Shown here: positions 27,860-37,013 of the stretch, one piece after another
Numbering within the stretch: position 1 is the stretch's first letter
Layout: each line of letters opens with the position of its first letter
Assembly: GCA_002710785.1 (NCBI GenBank)
Contig: PAMC01000018.1
Span: 10,515-74,514 of the forward strand
Direction: 5' to 3'
Length of the DNA stretch: 64,000 nucleotides
Source of the DNA: a bacterium
GTDB lineage: Bacteria > Patescibacteriota > Minisyncoccia > Phycocordibacterales > UBA918
Made by a program: the position numbers and the translations under genes
Notes under the pieces: model-generated
What the model was told of the DNA's origin: nothing
Seen by the model: the letters and a program-made list of their open reading frames with translations, nothing else
The model's database searches: none

Positions 27860-28894
27860 ATGACCGAACAACTCGCCCTCTACCGTAAGTACCGCCCCGA
27901 GAGCTTCAAAGAAGTCCGCGATCAAGACCACATTGTATCGGTGCTCGAAGGGGCGATCAAAAAGCGTGCGGTCCCACACGCCATGATCTTCTCGGGCACG
28001 CGTGGCACCGGCAAGACCACTATGGCGCGAATTGTCGCTCGTGAGCTTGGTGTGGCTGACGTCGACCTCTACGAAATCGACGCGGCGAGCAACCGTGGCA
28101 TAGACGATGTGCGCGAACTCAAAGAGGCGGTGCATACACTGCCGTACCAGTCGGAGAAGAAGGTCTACATCATCGACGAGGTGCACATGCTCACCAAAGA
28201 AGCCTTTAACGCGCTTTTAAAAACTATCGAGGAGCCACCTGAGCACGTGGTGTTTATGATGGCCACCACCGAAATCGACAAAGTGCTCGACACGATTCTC
28301 TCGCGTTGTCAGGTCTTCACGTTACACTCACCAAGTCGCTCAGTGTTAGCAAAGACGGTGACCGACGTAGCCAAGAAAGAAGGCTTTACCCTTAAGCCTG
28401 ACGCAGCCGACATGATTGCAATTGCCGCCGATGGCTCGTTTCGAGATGCCCTCGGAGTACTGCAAAAAGTCATTCTGGCTTCGGGTGATAAAATCGGCGA
28501 CGGCGATGAGGTGGCCGCCATCATTGGCGCCCCAAAAACCGCTGCACTTGAGTCGCTCGTACAGGCCTTGCACGAGAAGGATGCTGCCACTGCGCTTAAG
28601 GCCATTGCCGACGCTGCTGAGAGCCAGACCGACATGGTGCTCTTCACTCGTTTGCTCTTGGAGCGCCTGCGGGCGGTTATGCTGCTTAGAAATGCGCCTA
28701 ACGATGCGGAGCGGATTCTCGCGCAGCTACCCCCGAGCGGAGCCGAGCAGGTAGAGAAGCTTGCCGCCGACGCTGCATCGCCACTTAACTCGCACCTCTT
28801 ACTACGAGCGCTCGAGATTTCCCAGCTGGTCCGCCGCGCCAGCGTCCCCCATCTGCCCCTGGAGGTGTTAGTAGTGGAGGTATGTACTAAGTAA
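27860..28894 (+). CDS. dnaX: DNA polymerase III subunit gamma/tau (short, lacks Zn module)
   Basis: 'ALYRKYRP', 'GTRGTGKTT', 'EIDAASNRG', 'IIDEVHML', 'SRC'. Confidence 0.95.
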   Translation: MTEQLALYRKYRPESFKEVRDQDHIVSVLEGAIKKRAVPHAMIFSGTRGTGKTTMARIVARELGVADVDLYEIDAASNRGIDDVRELKEAVHTLPYQSEKKVYIIDEVHMLTKEAFNALLKTIEEPPEHVVFMMATTEIDKVLDTILSRCQVFTLHSPSRSVLAKTVTDVAKKEGFTLKPDAADMIAIAADGSFRDALGVLQKVILASGDKIGDGDEVAAIIGAPKTAALESLVQALHEKDAATALKAIADAAESQTDMVLFTRLLLERLRAVMLLRNAPNDAERILAQLPPSGAEQVEKLAADAASPLNSHLLLRALEISQLVRRASVPHLPLEVLVVEVCTK

Positions 28895-28902
28895 CACTAT
28901 GT

Positions 28903-29541
28903 ATGAAAAATATTTATTTGGTTCGACACGGTGAGACGTTTTCAAATATCGAGAATAAATGGCAAGGAGAAGACGAGGTTCTTAGTCCGCACGGTGAAAT
29001 ACAGGCAGAAAATTTAGGTCTGCGCTTAGCAAATCTTGATATTGACGTTCTTTTTTCCAGTACGATGAAACGCGCACTTCAAACGAGTAGTTTTATTTCG
29101 AAACATACAGGACTTAAAGTTCTTGAGACTGATTTACTCAGAGAGGAAAAAATCCCCTCATCTCTGATTGGCGTCTCGTACGCAAATGAACCAGACAATG
29201 GAATCAGGGAGTATTTACTTCAAATGCGCGCCAATGCTGACGATAAGAGCTGGCGATATGAAGATGAAGAGAATCCCACAGAGAGGATTGCTAGAGCCCA
29301 AGACGCCTTGCACTTTTTGCAACAACGACCAGAACAAAATGTTCTCGCGGTCTCACACGGTAACTTTCTAAAGTTTATGATTTTGTCGCTTTTGACTCAC
29401 AACCTCGATTTGTTACCGTCACAAGTGTTCTCTATGGCTAGGTGTATCAAATCGGCAAACACAGGCATTACGGTAATTCGCGAAAGGGATGGTGAGTGGC
29501 AGTTGCTTACCTGGAACGACCACGCACACTTTGCAGAGTAG
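28903..29541 (+). CDS. Histidine phosphatase family protein
   Basis: 'LVRHGET', 'RALQT', 'VSHG', 'WND.AH'. Confidence 0.9.
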   Translation: MKNIYLVRHGETFSNIENKWQGEDEVLSPHGEIQAENLGLRLANLDIDVLFSSTMKRALQTSSFISKHTGLKVLETDLLREEKIPSSLIGVSYANEPDNGIREYLLQMRANADDKSWRYEDEENPTERIARAQDALHFLQQRPEQNVLAVSHGNFLKFMILSLLTHNLDLLPSQVFSMARCIKSANTGITVIRERDGEWQLLTWNDHAHFAE

Positions 29542-29610
29542 TTGGCTTGAAACTTTTGGCAATTCTGGCAGTATGTAGGCCACTTTGCTTTGGCAGGGTA
29601 ACAATTTAAT

Positions 29611-29972
29611 TGGCGGATCGTCTAATAGTTTTGTTTGCTAAGCTGGCGGATCGTCTAACGGTAGGACGTTGGTTTCTGGCACCAAAAATCGGGGTTCGAT
29701 TCCCTGTCCGCCAGCTTAGCAAAGAAGTAGTAAGACGTTCGTAAAAAGTCCTTCCAGGGCTTTTTGCCTAGCACCAAAAAACGGGGCTAAAACAGTCCGA
29801 GGGACTGTTTTAGAAGCAGTTTGAGATATTTTGAGTTTGCGAGAAATATCCAAACGCTGCACCGTTCATGTAATGAAAGATTCCCTGTCCGCCAGCACGT
29901 GAGAAATAAGCGCTTTCGAGCGCTTTTTCTCGTGCTGGCGGACAAGGAAAGTGCCTACGCACTTTGCGCGGG
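29611..29972. repeat. Degenerate tRNA-Gln copies (one sense, enclosing the intact tRNA; one antisense 3' fragment) with hairpin inserts
   Basis: Colinear tRNA fragments at 29611-29625, 29728-29739, 29768-29788, 29879-29896; antisense fragments at 29935-29949 and 29960-29972. Confidence 0.8.
29644..29714 (+). tRNA. tRNA-Gln(CTG)
   Basis: TGGCGGA/TCCGCCA acceptor, TTGGT-TTCTGGC-ACCAA, GGTTCGATTCC. Confidence 0.93.
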
Positions 29973-30048
29973 AATCGAACCCACACCCCGCAACCAAACC
30001 ACACATCAGGCGAAAGAAAAGATTTGCGATGTGCGTCATAATAGCTAT

Positions 30049-31023
30049 ATGCACAAATGTACAACGTTCTTGCTTCTGGTGGCTTTGTTAGTGCCACCGC
30101 TCGGCAGTGAGGCACGCAGCCGCAGTATCGACGCTGATCGGCTGGATGACGACCCGGTTGATGAGATTCCGATTCCTGTTTTATTTGGTGTCGAGTACGA
30201 TGACATCAACCCCGACTTTGGTGATCCGCGTGGTGGCGGCACTCGTTTGCACGAAGGTGAAGACTTTCTGGCTCCCCAAGGAACGCCAATCGTGTCACCC
30301 ACCGAGGCGATCGTGCTCTCGACCGGCACTGGACCAAGTGCGGGCAAGTACGTGTACACCCTAAACCCCGGCGGCGAACGCTTCCGTTACATGCACCTCG
30401 ATTACATTGCCGATCTCGATCGCGGTGACGTACTCGATGCGGGCGACTTTATTGGCACCGTAGGGGACACCGGTAACGCACCAGACGGGGTGTACCACCT
30501 CCACTTTGAGACGAGAGACGACAACAACGACCCGCAAGACCCGTACGACCGACTGGTGGATGGTTTTACGCGGAAAGAGAAAATGTCATTTCTGAGAGAC
30601 ATCTTTCGCGACATTCGTGATGACGAGGAGTACGCGGAGTTTTTAGTGACGACCTTCCCCAATGAATTTCGGGCGGCACTGCAGGCTGACTACGACTTGC
30701 CTCGTGCAGTTGAGCGTGCACTGAAGGAAGAAGGGCTGGTGGATCAGGCGGCAGCACTCGCTCAACTGCAAACGTTGTTGTCGCTTGTACCAGCCAGACT
30801 CACCAGCGAGTTAGGGAACGGTGATAGTGGCAAAGAGGTCATACTCTTACAGTTGTTTTTGATATTCAATACCACTGGTGCTGAGCGCGACCGCTTGGCC
30901 GCAGCGGGCCCCACTGGCTACTACGGGCCAATTACTGCAGCTGCGGTGGCCGCCTATCAGTTAGAGAACGATTTGGCTCAGACTGGGCGCTACGACCGCG
31001 CAACCCGCGGTGCGATGCTCTAG
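30049..31023 (+). CDS. Secreted M23 peptidase with C-terminal peptidoglycan-binding-like domain
   Basis: Signal peptide, 'HEGED', 'YMHL', 'HLHFE', 'TGYYGPITAAAV..YQ'. Confidence 0.85.
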   Translation: MHKCTTFLLLVALLVPPLGSEARSRSIDADRLDDDPVDEIPIPVLFGVEYDDINPDFGDPRGGGTRLHEGEDFLAPQGTPIVSPTEAIVLSTGTGPSAGKYVYTLNPGGERFRYMHLDYIADLDRGDVLDAGDFIGTVGDTGNAPDGVYHLHFETRDDNNDPQDPYDRLVDGFTRKEKMSFLRDIFRDIRDDEEYAEFLVTTFPNEFRAALQADYDLPRAVERALKEEGLVDQAAALAQLQTLLSLVPARLTSELGNGDSGKEVILLQLFLIFNTTGAERDRLAAAGPTGYYGPITAAAVAAYQLENDLAQTGRYDRATRGAML

Positions 31024-31043
31024 CGTTTGCTATACTCAGCGAC

Positions 31044-31382
31044 ATGATTACCATCGAGGATTTTGAGAAAGTTGATATCCGAGTAGGGAAAGTGTTGGCG
31101 GCGGAGGATTTTCCGGAGGCGCAGAAGCCGGCGTATAAGCTGACAATCGATTTAGGTCCAGAGATTGGGATCAAGAAATCGAGCGCACAACTGGTTGGCG
31201 CTCACAGTAAAGAAGAACTTGAGGGCATGCTCGTGATGTGTGTGGTGAATTTTCCGCCCCGACAGGTCGGACCGTTTCGTTCACAAGTGCTGACGCTGGG
31301 CTTTAAAAACGCAGCTGGTGACGGCTGGCTAGTTGCAACACCGAGCAAGCCAGACGTTGAGCTCGGCAGTCGCCTACAGTAA
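31044..31382 (+). CDS. csaA: CsaA-like tRNA-binding/export chaperone
   Basis: 'DIRVGKV', 'KPAYKL.ID.G', 'SSAQL', 'VVNFPPRQ'. Confidence 0.85.
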   Translation: MITIEDFEKVDIRVGKVLAAEDFPEAQKPAYKLTIDLGPEIGIKKSSAQLVGAHSKEELEGMLVMCVVNFPPRQVGPFRSQVLTLGFKNAAGDGWLVATPSKPDVELGSRLQ

Positions 31383-31384
31383 CC

Positions 31385-32026
31385 ATGAGTGCGTACGGGG
31401 TCGATGTGGCGGCTACTCGGGCCGATGATCTAGATAAGAAGGTGCTGGCGGCGGTGGCCGCGCGTGTAGCGCGCGGCCAGCAACCTACGGTGCTCGATGC
31501 TGGTTGTGGAAGCGGCGGGTTAACTGCTCGACTGGCCGTAGCTGGTGCAGATGTGACGGCCGTTGATGTGGCCGACTATGCTACAACCATCGCGAACTTG
31601 CCGATGGCCTCGGGCGGCGTAACATTTACCCAAGCTGATGTACGCGAATTTGTACGTAACACGCAACAGCAGTTCGATTTTGCTGTGCTGCAACGAGTAC
31701 TGCACTACGTGCCATACCTGCAAGCTAAAGAGCTACTCACGCAGCTGGCCACCAAGACCAACACAACGCTATTTGTGTCGGTGACCGGCACCTTGAGTGA
31801 TATTGGTAAAATGTACCCAGCCACTCATCAACCCCTGCCAGAACGCTGGGCAACGCTGCCGCCAGAAGCACAAAAAACGTTCTCGATTTTCGAGCCAATC
31901 TGCCTGTACACAGCCGAAGAGCTTTCTCAGTTACTGCGAGAATGCGGGTGGGAGCTTGATGAGCTCTGGACCTCTGCTTTTGGCAACCATAAAGCGGTCG
32001 CGCGGCCAGCTAATAAGCCAGATTAG
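31385..32026 (+). CDS. Class I SAM-dependent methyltransferase
   Basis: 'VLDAGCGSG', 'AVD', 'VLHY'. Confidence 0.85.
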   Translation: MSAYGVDVAATRADDLDKKVLAAVAARVARGQQPTVLDAGCGSGGLTARLAVAGADVTAVDVADYATTIANLPMASGGVTFTQADVREFVRNTQQQFDFAVLQRVLHYVPYLQAKELLTQLATKTNTTLFVSVTGTLSDIGKMYPATHQPLPERWATLPPEAQKTFSIFEPICLYTAEELSQLLRECGWELDELWTSAFGNHKAVARPANKPD

Positions 32027-32072
32027 CCAGCGGCAGTAACCTGCCGTACAATAGAGGAGTAATAAAAACAGT

Positions 32073-32963
32073 ATGAAAAATCTCATCATTGCAATTCTTG
32101 TTGTTATCTTACTCGTCGCCGGGTGGTACTTCTTTATTCGTCCGAGTACCACTGACGTCATTAATCAGGTTCCCGCAGGTGTAACACCTACTGACCAGCC
32201 AGCCGACGTAACTGACGACACACCAACGCCAGTTGAACCCGATGGCGGCATTGGGGACGGCGCTGGCCCTGTCCCAGTTGTAACGATTGGCCAGTCGGTA
32301 GGCGGCCGCGATATTAAGGCGTATCGATTTGGTAATGGCAGCGTAGACATTTTGGTAGTGGGAGGCATCCACGGCGCGTACGCGCCGAACACCAGCGAAC
32401 TTGCGACCCGTCTCATTGCGCACGCAGAAGAGAACGCCAGCTTTGTGCCCGAGGGAGTGACCTTGCATGTGATTCCAAACCTCAACCCTGACGGCCTCGC
32501 TACCGGTGCCAGCCCAGCTGGTCGCTTTAACGCTAACAACGTCGACCTAAACCGCAACTTTGATTGTGAGTGGCAAGCCGAGGGTGTCTGGCGCAGTCAG
32601 CCAGTATCTGGCGGTGACGCACCATTCTCTGAGCCTGAAGCTGCCGCCCTGCGCGACTACGTGGCAGAGATTACCCCAGCTGCAGCAGTGGTGTACTACG
32701 CAGCAGACGGTGGCGTCTACGCCTCAAGCTGTCGCAACGGTGTCTCAGCTGAGACCCTCGACCTCACCAACACCTACGCTGATGCTGCAGATTACACGGC
32801 GAACGAAGAATTTGATTTCTACGCCATTACCGGCGATGCTGTGAACTGGATGGCAAGCGAAGGTGTGCCAGCTATTAGCGTACTCCTCACCAACTACTCA
32901 GCAACTGAGTGGGAGCAAAACCGCGCTGGTTTGGCTGCGGTGATGGATGTATTTGCTGAGTAG
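32073..32963 (+). CDS. Membrane-anchored M14 carboxypeptidase-like protein, probably inactive
   Basis: 'LNPDG', 'VDLNRNF', 'SEPE' present; expected Zn ligands and catalytic Glu substituted. Confidence 0.8.
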   Translation: MKNLIIAILVVILLVAGWYFFIRPSTTDVINQVPAGVTPTDQPADVTDDTPTPVEPDGGIGDGAGPVPVVTIGQSVGGRDIKAYRFGNGSVDILVVGGIHGAYAPNTSELATRLIAHAEENASFVPEGVTLHVIPNLNPDGLATGASPAGRFNANNVDLNRNFDCEWQAEGVWRSQPVSGGDAPFSEPEAAALRDYVAEITPAAAVVYYAADGGVYASSCRNGVSAETLDLTNTYADAADYTANEEFDFYAITGDAVNWMASEGVPAISVLLTNYSATEWEQNRAGLAAVMDVFAE

Positions 32964-32968
32964 ACACT

Positions 32969-33880
32969 ATGCAGGGTAACGTAAAGTTTTACGCGGTAAT
33001 TGGGATCCTGCTCGTGGCGGTTGGTGCTACTAGTTTTGCCCTCTACCAAGCACTCACGCCAGCACCTCAAGTTGCTGAGCAACCAACCACCGAGGTCGAA
33101 CCAGAGCCAACTCCTACTGTTACGCAAGTAGAGATCGGCCGCTCTGTAGAAAACCGCCCGATCGAAGTCTACCGTTTTGGCACTGGCCCCACCAACCTCT
33201 TATTTGTTGGCGGCATACACGGTGGCTACGAGTGGAACAGCAGCCTCCTGGCCTGGGAAGTGATTGACTACCTAACGATCAATCCAAGTGAAGTGCCCGC
33301 CGGTCTGACGGTGCACGTGATACCAGCACTCAATCCTGATGGGCTGGCGCTGGTTACTGGTACCGGCGGACGATTTACCACAGCTGATGTGCCGACCCCG
33401 AGCGAACGTGTGGCAACCGGTCGCTTTAACGCCAACAACGTCGATCTCAACCGCAACTTTGACTGCAACTGGGCACCTGAGAGCACTTGGCGCGGCGCGA
33501 CGGTGAGCGCTGGGAGCGCACCTTTCTCTGAGCCCGAGGCAGTGGCGCTGCGCGACTACGTCGCAACCACCAACCCGGCGGCTGTAGCGTTTTGGCACAG
33601 CCAGGCTGATAATGTTTATGGTTCTGCCTGTAATGGCGGTGTGCTGCCAGCCACTACCGCGCTCGGTACCGCCTACGCCGCTGCCGCCAACTATGGGTAC
33701 GTGAACCTCTTCGATGCCTACCCGATTACCGGCGATGCCGAGGGTTGGCTTGCCAGCTTGAACATCCCGGCCATCACCATCGAAATGGAGTCCTACATCG
33801 ACACCGAGTGGGAACAAAACTGGGCGGGTGTCCAAAGCTGGTTTGATTATTTTGCTGACACGGCGCTTCAGGTCATTTAA
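32969..33880 (+). CDS. Membrane-anchored M14 Zn carboxypeptidase (MpaA-like)
   Basis: 'HGGYE', 'VDLNRNF', 'WHS', 'ITIE'. Confidence 0.85.
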   Translation: MQGNVKFYAVIGILLVAVGATSFALYQALTPAPQVAEQPTTEVEPEPTPTVTQVEIGRSVENRPIEVYRFGTGPTNLLFVGGIHGGYEWNSSLLAWEVIDYLTINPSEVPAGLTVHVIPALNPDGLALVTGTGGRFTTADVPTPSERVATGRFNANNVDLNRNFDCNWAPESTWRGATVSAGSAPFSEPEAVALRDYVATTNPAAVAFWHSQADNVYGSACNGGVLPATTALGTAYAAAANYGYVNLFDAYPITGDAEGWLASLNIPAITIEMESYIDTEWEQNWAGVQSWFDYFADTALQVI

Positions 33881-33943
33881 GCTTTTGGGTAGACAACCTG
33901 TGCGTATCGGCACCCCGATCAGTCTGATCGGGGTGTATGATTA

Positions 33944-34960
33944 TTGGTGATGCACCTACTATACCTACGACCCTACACCGGCGAAGCCGACATTGTTAGA
34001 GAATTATTACCAGCCGACATCACGCTAAGCGTGGCCACTGACGTTGAGGAGCTATCGTCCGAAGCACGGGCAGAGGTCACAGCCATCTCAGTCTTTGTAG
34101 ACTTTGAGATCACGGCTGAAATATTAGAGCAGTTTCCCAACCTAACCTTTATTGCTACTCGCTCGGCTGGGTTTGACCATATTGATATTGCTGCAGCTAC
34201 CGCTCGCAACATCGTTGTCTCACGTGTACCGCACTACGGCACGCGCACGGTGGCTGAGTTTGCGATTGCGCTTATGTTTGCCCTCTCGCGCAACGCCTTT
34301 CGCGCCTACACCGACATGCTTCAGCGCAGTGCGATCTCAGAACTCGAGTGCTACGAAGGCTTTGACCTAGCTGGCAAGACCTTAGGAGTGGTTGGCACCG
34401 GCGCCATCGGCCGGAACGTCTGTCAAATCGCTCGTGGCATTGGTATGGAGGTGATGGCGTACGACATTAACCCCGACCAGGAGTTTGCTACTGCTGCGGG
34501 CGTCACCTACGATACGCTCGAGGCCGTCCTGGCTAGCAGTGACATCGTAACGTTACACGTCCCAGCAATGCCGCAGACACACCACCTCATTAATGCTGAG
34601 CGATTGAGTCAGATGAAACCCGGTGCGTACTTGGTTAATACTGCGCGTGGTGAGGTGGTCGACACTCAAGCGTTACTCTCAGCCCTGGAGTCTGATCACC
34701 TAGCTGGCGCCGGACTCGATGTCTTGGAGGGTGAGCATGCGCTACGCGAGGAGGTCGACCTACTGCGTAGCGGGCAGACCGACCCCGAGCTGTGGCAGAC
34801 GCTCGTTGCCGACCACTCACTGATTGATATGCCAAACGTAATCGTGACCCCACACATTGCGTTTAATACTAAAGAGGCCAAACGCGAGATCACCGAAATT
34901 ACCATCGACAATGTTAAAGCCTTTATCGCTGGTTCACCGCAGCGAGTTGTTGAAGCGTAG
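33944..34960 (+). CDS. D-2-hydroxyacid (D-lactate-type) dehydrogenase
   Basis: 'RSAGFDHID', 'GTGAIG', 'NTARG', 'TPHIAF'. Confidence 0.9.
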   Translation: MVMHLLYLRPYTGEADIVRELLPADITLSVATDVEELSSEARAEVTAISVFVDFEITAEILEQFPNLTFIATRSAGFDHIDIAAATARNIVVSRVPHYGTRTVAEFAIALMFALSRNAFRAYTDMLQRSAISELECYEGFDLAGKTLGVVGTGAIGRNVCQIARGIGMEVMAYDINPDQEFATAAGVTYDTLEAVLASSDIVTLHVPAMPQTHHLINAERLSQMKPGAYLVNTARGEVVDTQALLSALESDHLAGAGLDVLEGEHALREEVDLLRSGQTDPELWQTLVADHSLIDMPNVIVTPHIAFNTKEAKREITEITIDNVKAFIAGSPQRVVEA

Positions 34961-34963
34961 TGT

Positions 34964-36193
34964 ATGTTCAATTTTTTTCGTACCCAGCCCGTATCGCCAA
35001 CCGCCATCACAGACATTACTGCGCGCGTGGTGCAAGATTCTAGGCGCAAACCAACTGTATCGGTAACCGTACACGTAGGCGCACACTCCGGCACGTTTAG
35101 TGTGCCAAGCGGTGCTAGTACCGGCGAGCGCGAGGTGGTGGCGCTGCCAGCTAAAGAGGCGGTCCGCGCCATTAAGCGAATTATCGCCCCCGCACTCATT
35201 GGCTGCTCTGTGCTCGATCAGGCCGCAATCGACGACCAGCTGCACGAGCTTGATGGTACCGCTAACTTTGCATCGCTTGGCGGTAACGCAGCTTTGGGGG
35301 TTAGTGTAGCCGCTACTAAAGCAGCCGCGTCTGTTAAAGAGTTAGAAACCTGGGAGTACATTGAGACGCTCTTTGCTACCCCAGCCCAAGCCAAAGCTCC
35401 GCGCTTGTTTGTAAACCTTATTAACGGCGGCGCACATGCCGACCGGGGGAGCCAGATTCAAGAGCATCAAGTCATCCCCGAAACCGACAACGTTCACGAA
35501 GCTTTTCGGGTGGCCAGCGCAGTGCAGCGTACGTTGCGAGATGTGTTGCACGAAGAATTTAGCGATGCTGACATTGGCATTGGTGACGAGGGTGGGTTTA
35601 TGGTGCCTACCCAGACACTCGAAGCGCCGTTTCGGTACCTCGCCCGAGCCGCAGCAGAAACCGAGGCAGGATGCGCGGTTTCCCTTGGCTCTGATGTCGC
35701 GGCGTGTTCGTTTTGGCAAGGAGCACACTACGAGCTAGCTGGTCAGTCGCTCGATAGCGCCGGGCTCACTACGCGCTTAAATGCGCTGCTGGCACAATTT
35801 CCGACCCTGACATACGTCGAGGATCCAGCTGGTGAGCACGACACCGAAGGTTTTTCTCGCTTCTTGGCAGACAATCCAGCTTGCACGGTGATTGGCGACG
35901 ATTTAACTACTACCAATCCTAAGATTTTAGAGCAAGCAATTGCTGCTCGGGCGATTTCAGGGATTATTATTAAACCAAACCAAATTGGCACGGTCAGTGA
36001 CACGCTGGCAACCATGCGCCTGGCGTACCAGCACGATGTCCGGTGTGTGGTCTCGCATCGTAGCGGAGAGACCATGGACGATTTTATTGCCGATCTCGCG
36101 TACGGAACAAAGTGTTTTGGACTAAAAGCGGGTGCGCCTACAGCGAAAGAGCGTCTCGCAAAATACCAGCGGTTACTCACTATTGCTCAGTAG
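34964..36193 (+). CDS. eno: Enolase
   Basis: 'PSGASTG', 'GDEGGF', 'IKPNQIG', 'SHRSGET'. Confidence 0.92.
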   Translation: MFNFFRTQPVSPTAITDITARVVQDSRRKPTVSVTVHVGAHSGTFSVPSGASTGEREVVALPAKEAVRAIKRIIAPALIGCSVLDQAAIDDQLHELDGTANFASLGGNAALGVSVAATKAAASVKELETWEYIETLFATPAQAKAPRLFVNLINGGAHADRGSQIQEHQVIPETDNVHEAFRVASAVQRTLRDVLHEEFSDADIGIGDEGGFMVPTQTLEAPFRYLARAAAETEAGCAVSLGSDVAACSFWQGAHYELAGQSLDSAGLTTRLNALLAQFPTLTYVEDPAGEHDTEGFSRFLADNPACTVIGDDLTTTNPKILEQAIAARAISGIIIKPNQIGTVSDTLATMRLAYQHDVRCVVSHRSGETMDDFIADLAYGTKCFGLKAGAPTAKERLAKYQRLLTIAQ

Positions 36194-36195
36194 GT

Positions 36196-37002
36196 ATGAG
36201 TACGTACGAGCCAATCCAAATTGCCGCTACGCTTGGTCCGTCCTCGAGTGACGAGGCGACGCTCGAAGCGATGCTTCGGGCTGGGGTACAGGTGGCTCGG
36301 CTCAACTTCTCGTGGGGGACACATGAAGACCACCAGCGGTTTGTGCACCAAGTTCGTTTGGCGGCCGGCCGACTCGGGAGGCGCATTATCATCATGCAAG
36401 ACCTCTCTGGTCCGCGAGTACAGGAAGGAGTGTGCCACACCTTTGACCCAGAAGCTGATGTTGTAACCGACAAAGATCTGGCAGATATTGATGCGCTCGT
36501 CGATTTAGAAATTAACTACGTAGCGCAGTCTTTTGCGCGCGACGCGGCTGATATCGAAGCTGTGCGTAGTGCACTGGCGGCGCAGGGGAGCGCGGCTAAA
36601 GTCATCGCCAAAGTTGAGCGACTCGAGGCACTTGAGAATCTCGATGAGATACTGACCGCAGCCGACGGAGTACTGGTTGGCTGTGGCGACCTAAGCTGCG
36701 TTGTCCCGACTGAGCGCCTACCTTTTGTTATTAAAGACATCGTCCGGCGCGCCAGACACGCACACGTACCGTGTATGGTGCTTGCCCGCTCAGAAGCCTC
36801 GGTTGTTCCAGATACACCCGTGTTATTTTCGGACGCTATTGCCGCAGCCCAATTGGTACTCGATGGGGCTAGTGCACTGTTGCTCTCACACGAAACAGCT
36901 ACTGGCGACCGCCCAGTAGACTCGATCGCGAATTTGCGCAGCGTAGTAGACACCGCGCTTAAACACGCTAGTAAGGGCTCAATTGCGCGCTTTACGGTAT
37001 AG
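36196..37002 (+). CDS. pyk: Minimal/divergent pyruvate kinase (barrel only)
   Basis: 'ATLGPSS', 'ARLNFSWG', 'DLSGP', 'AKVE', 'LLSHETA.G'; B and C domains absent. Confidence 0.75.
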   Translation: MSTYEPIQIAATLGPSSSDEATLEAMLRAGVQVARLNFSWGTHEDHQRFVHQVRLAAGRLGRRIIIMQDLSGPRVQEGVCHTFDPEADVVTDKDLADIDALVDLEINYVAQSFARDAADIEAVRSALAAQGSAAKVIAKVERLEALENLDEILTAADGVLVGCGDLSCVVPTERLPFVIKDIVRRARHAHVPCMVLARSEASVVPDTPVLFSDAIAAAQLVLDGASALLLSHETATGDRPVDSIANLRSVVDTALKHASKGSIARFTV

Positions 37003-37013
37003 TTGTGGCGATT

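Noticed and set aside
29768-29770. Amber-suppressor tRNA from the outer Gln copy (CTA instead of CTG)
   Set aside because: The 5' strand of the anticodon stem is largely missing in the outer copy, so it could not fold even if inserts were removed
29821-30048. N-terminal extension of the M23 ORF and overlapping minus-strand ORFs
   Set aside because: They run through the tRNA-derived repeats; the signal peptide starts at 30049
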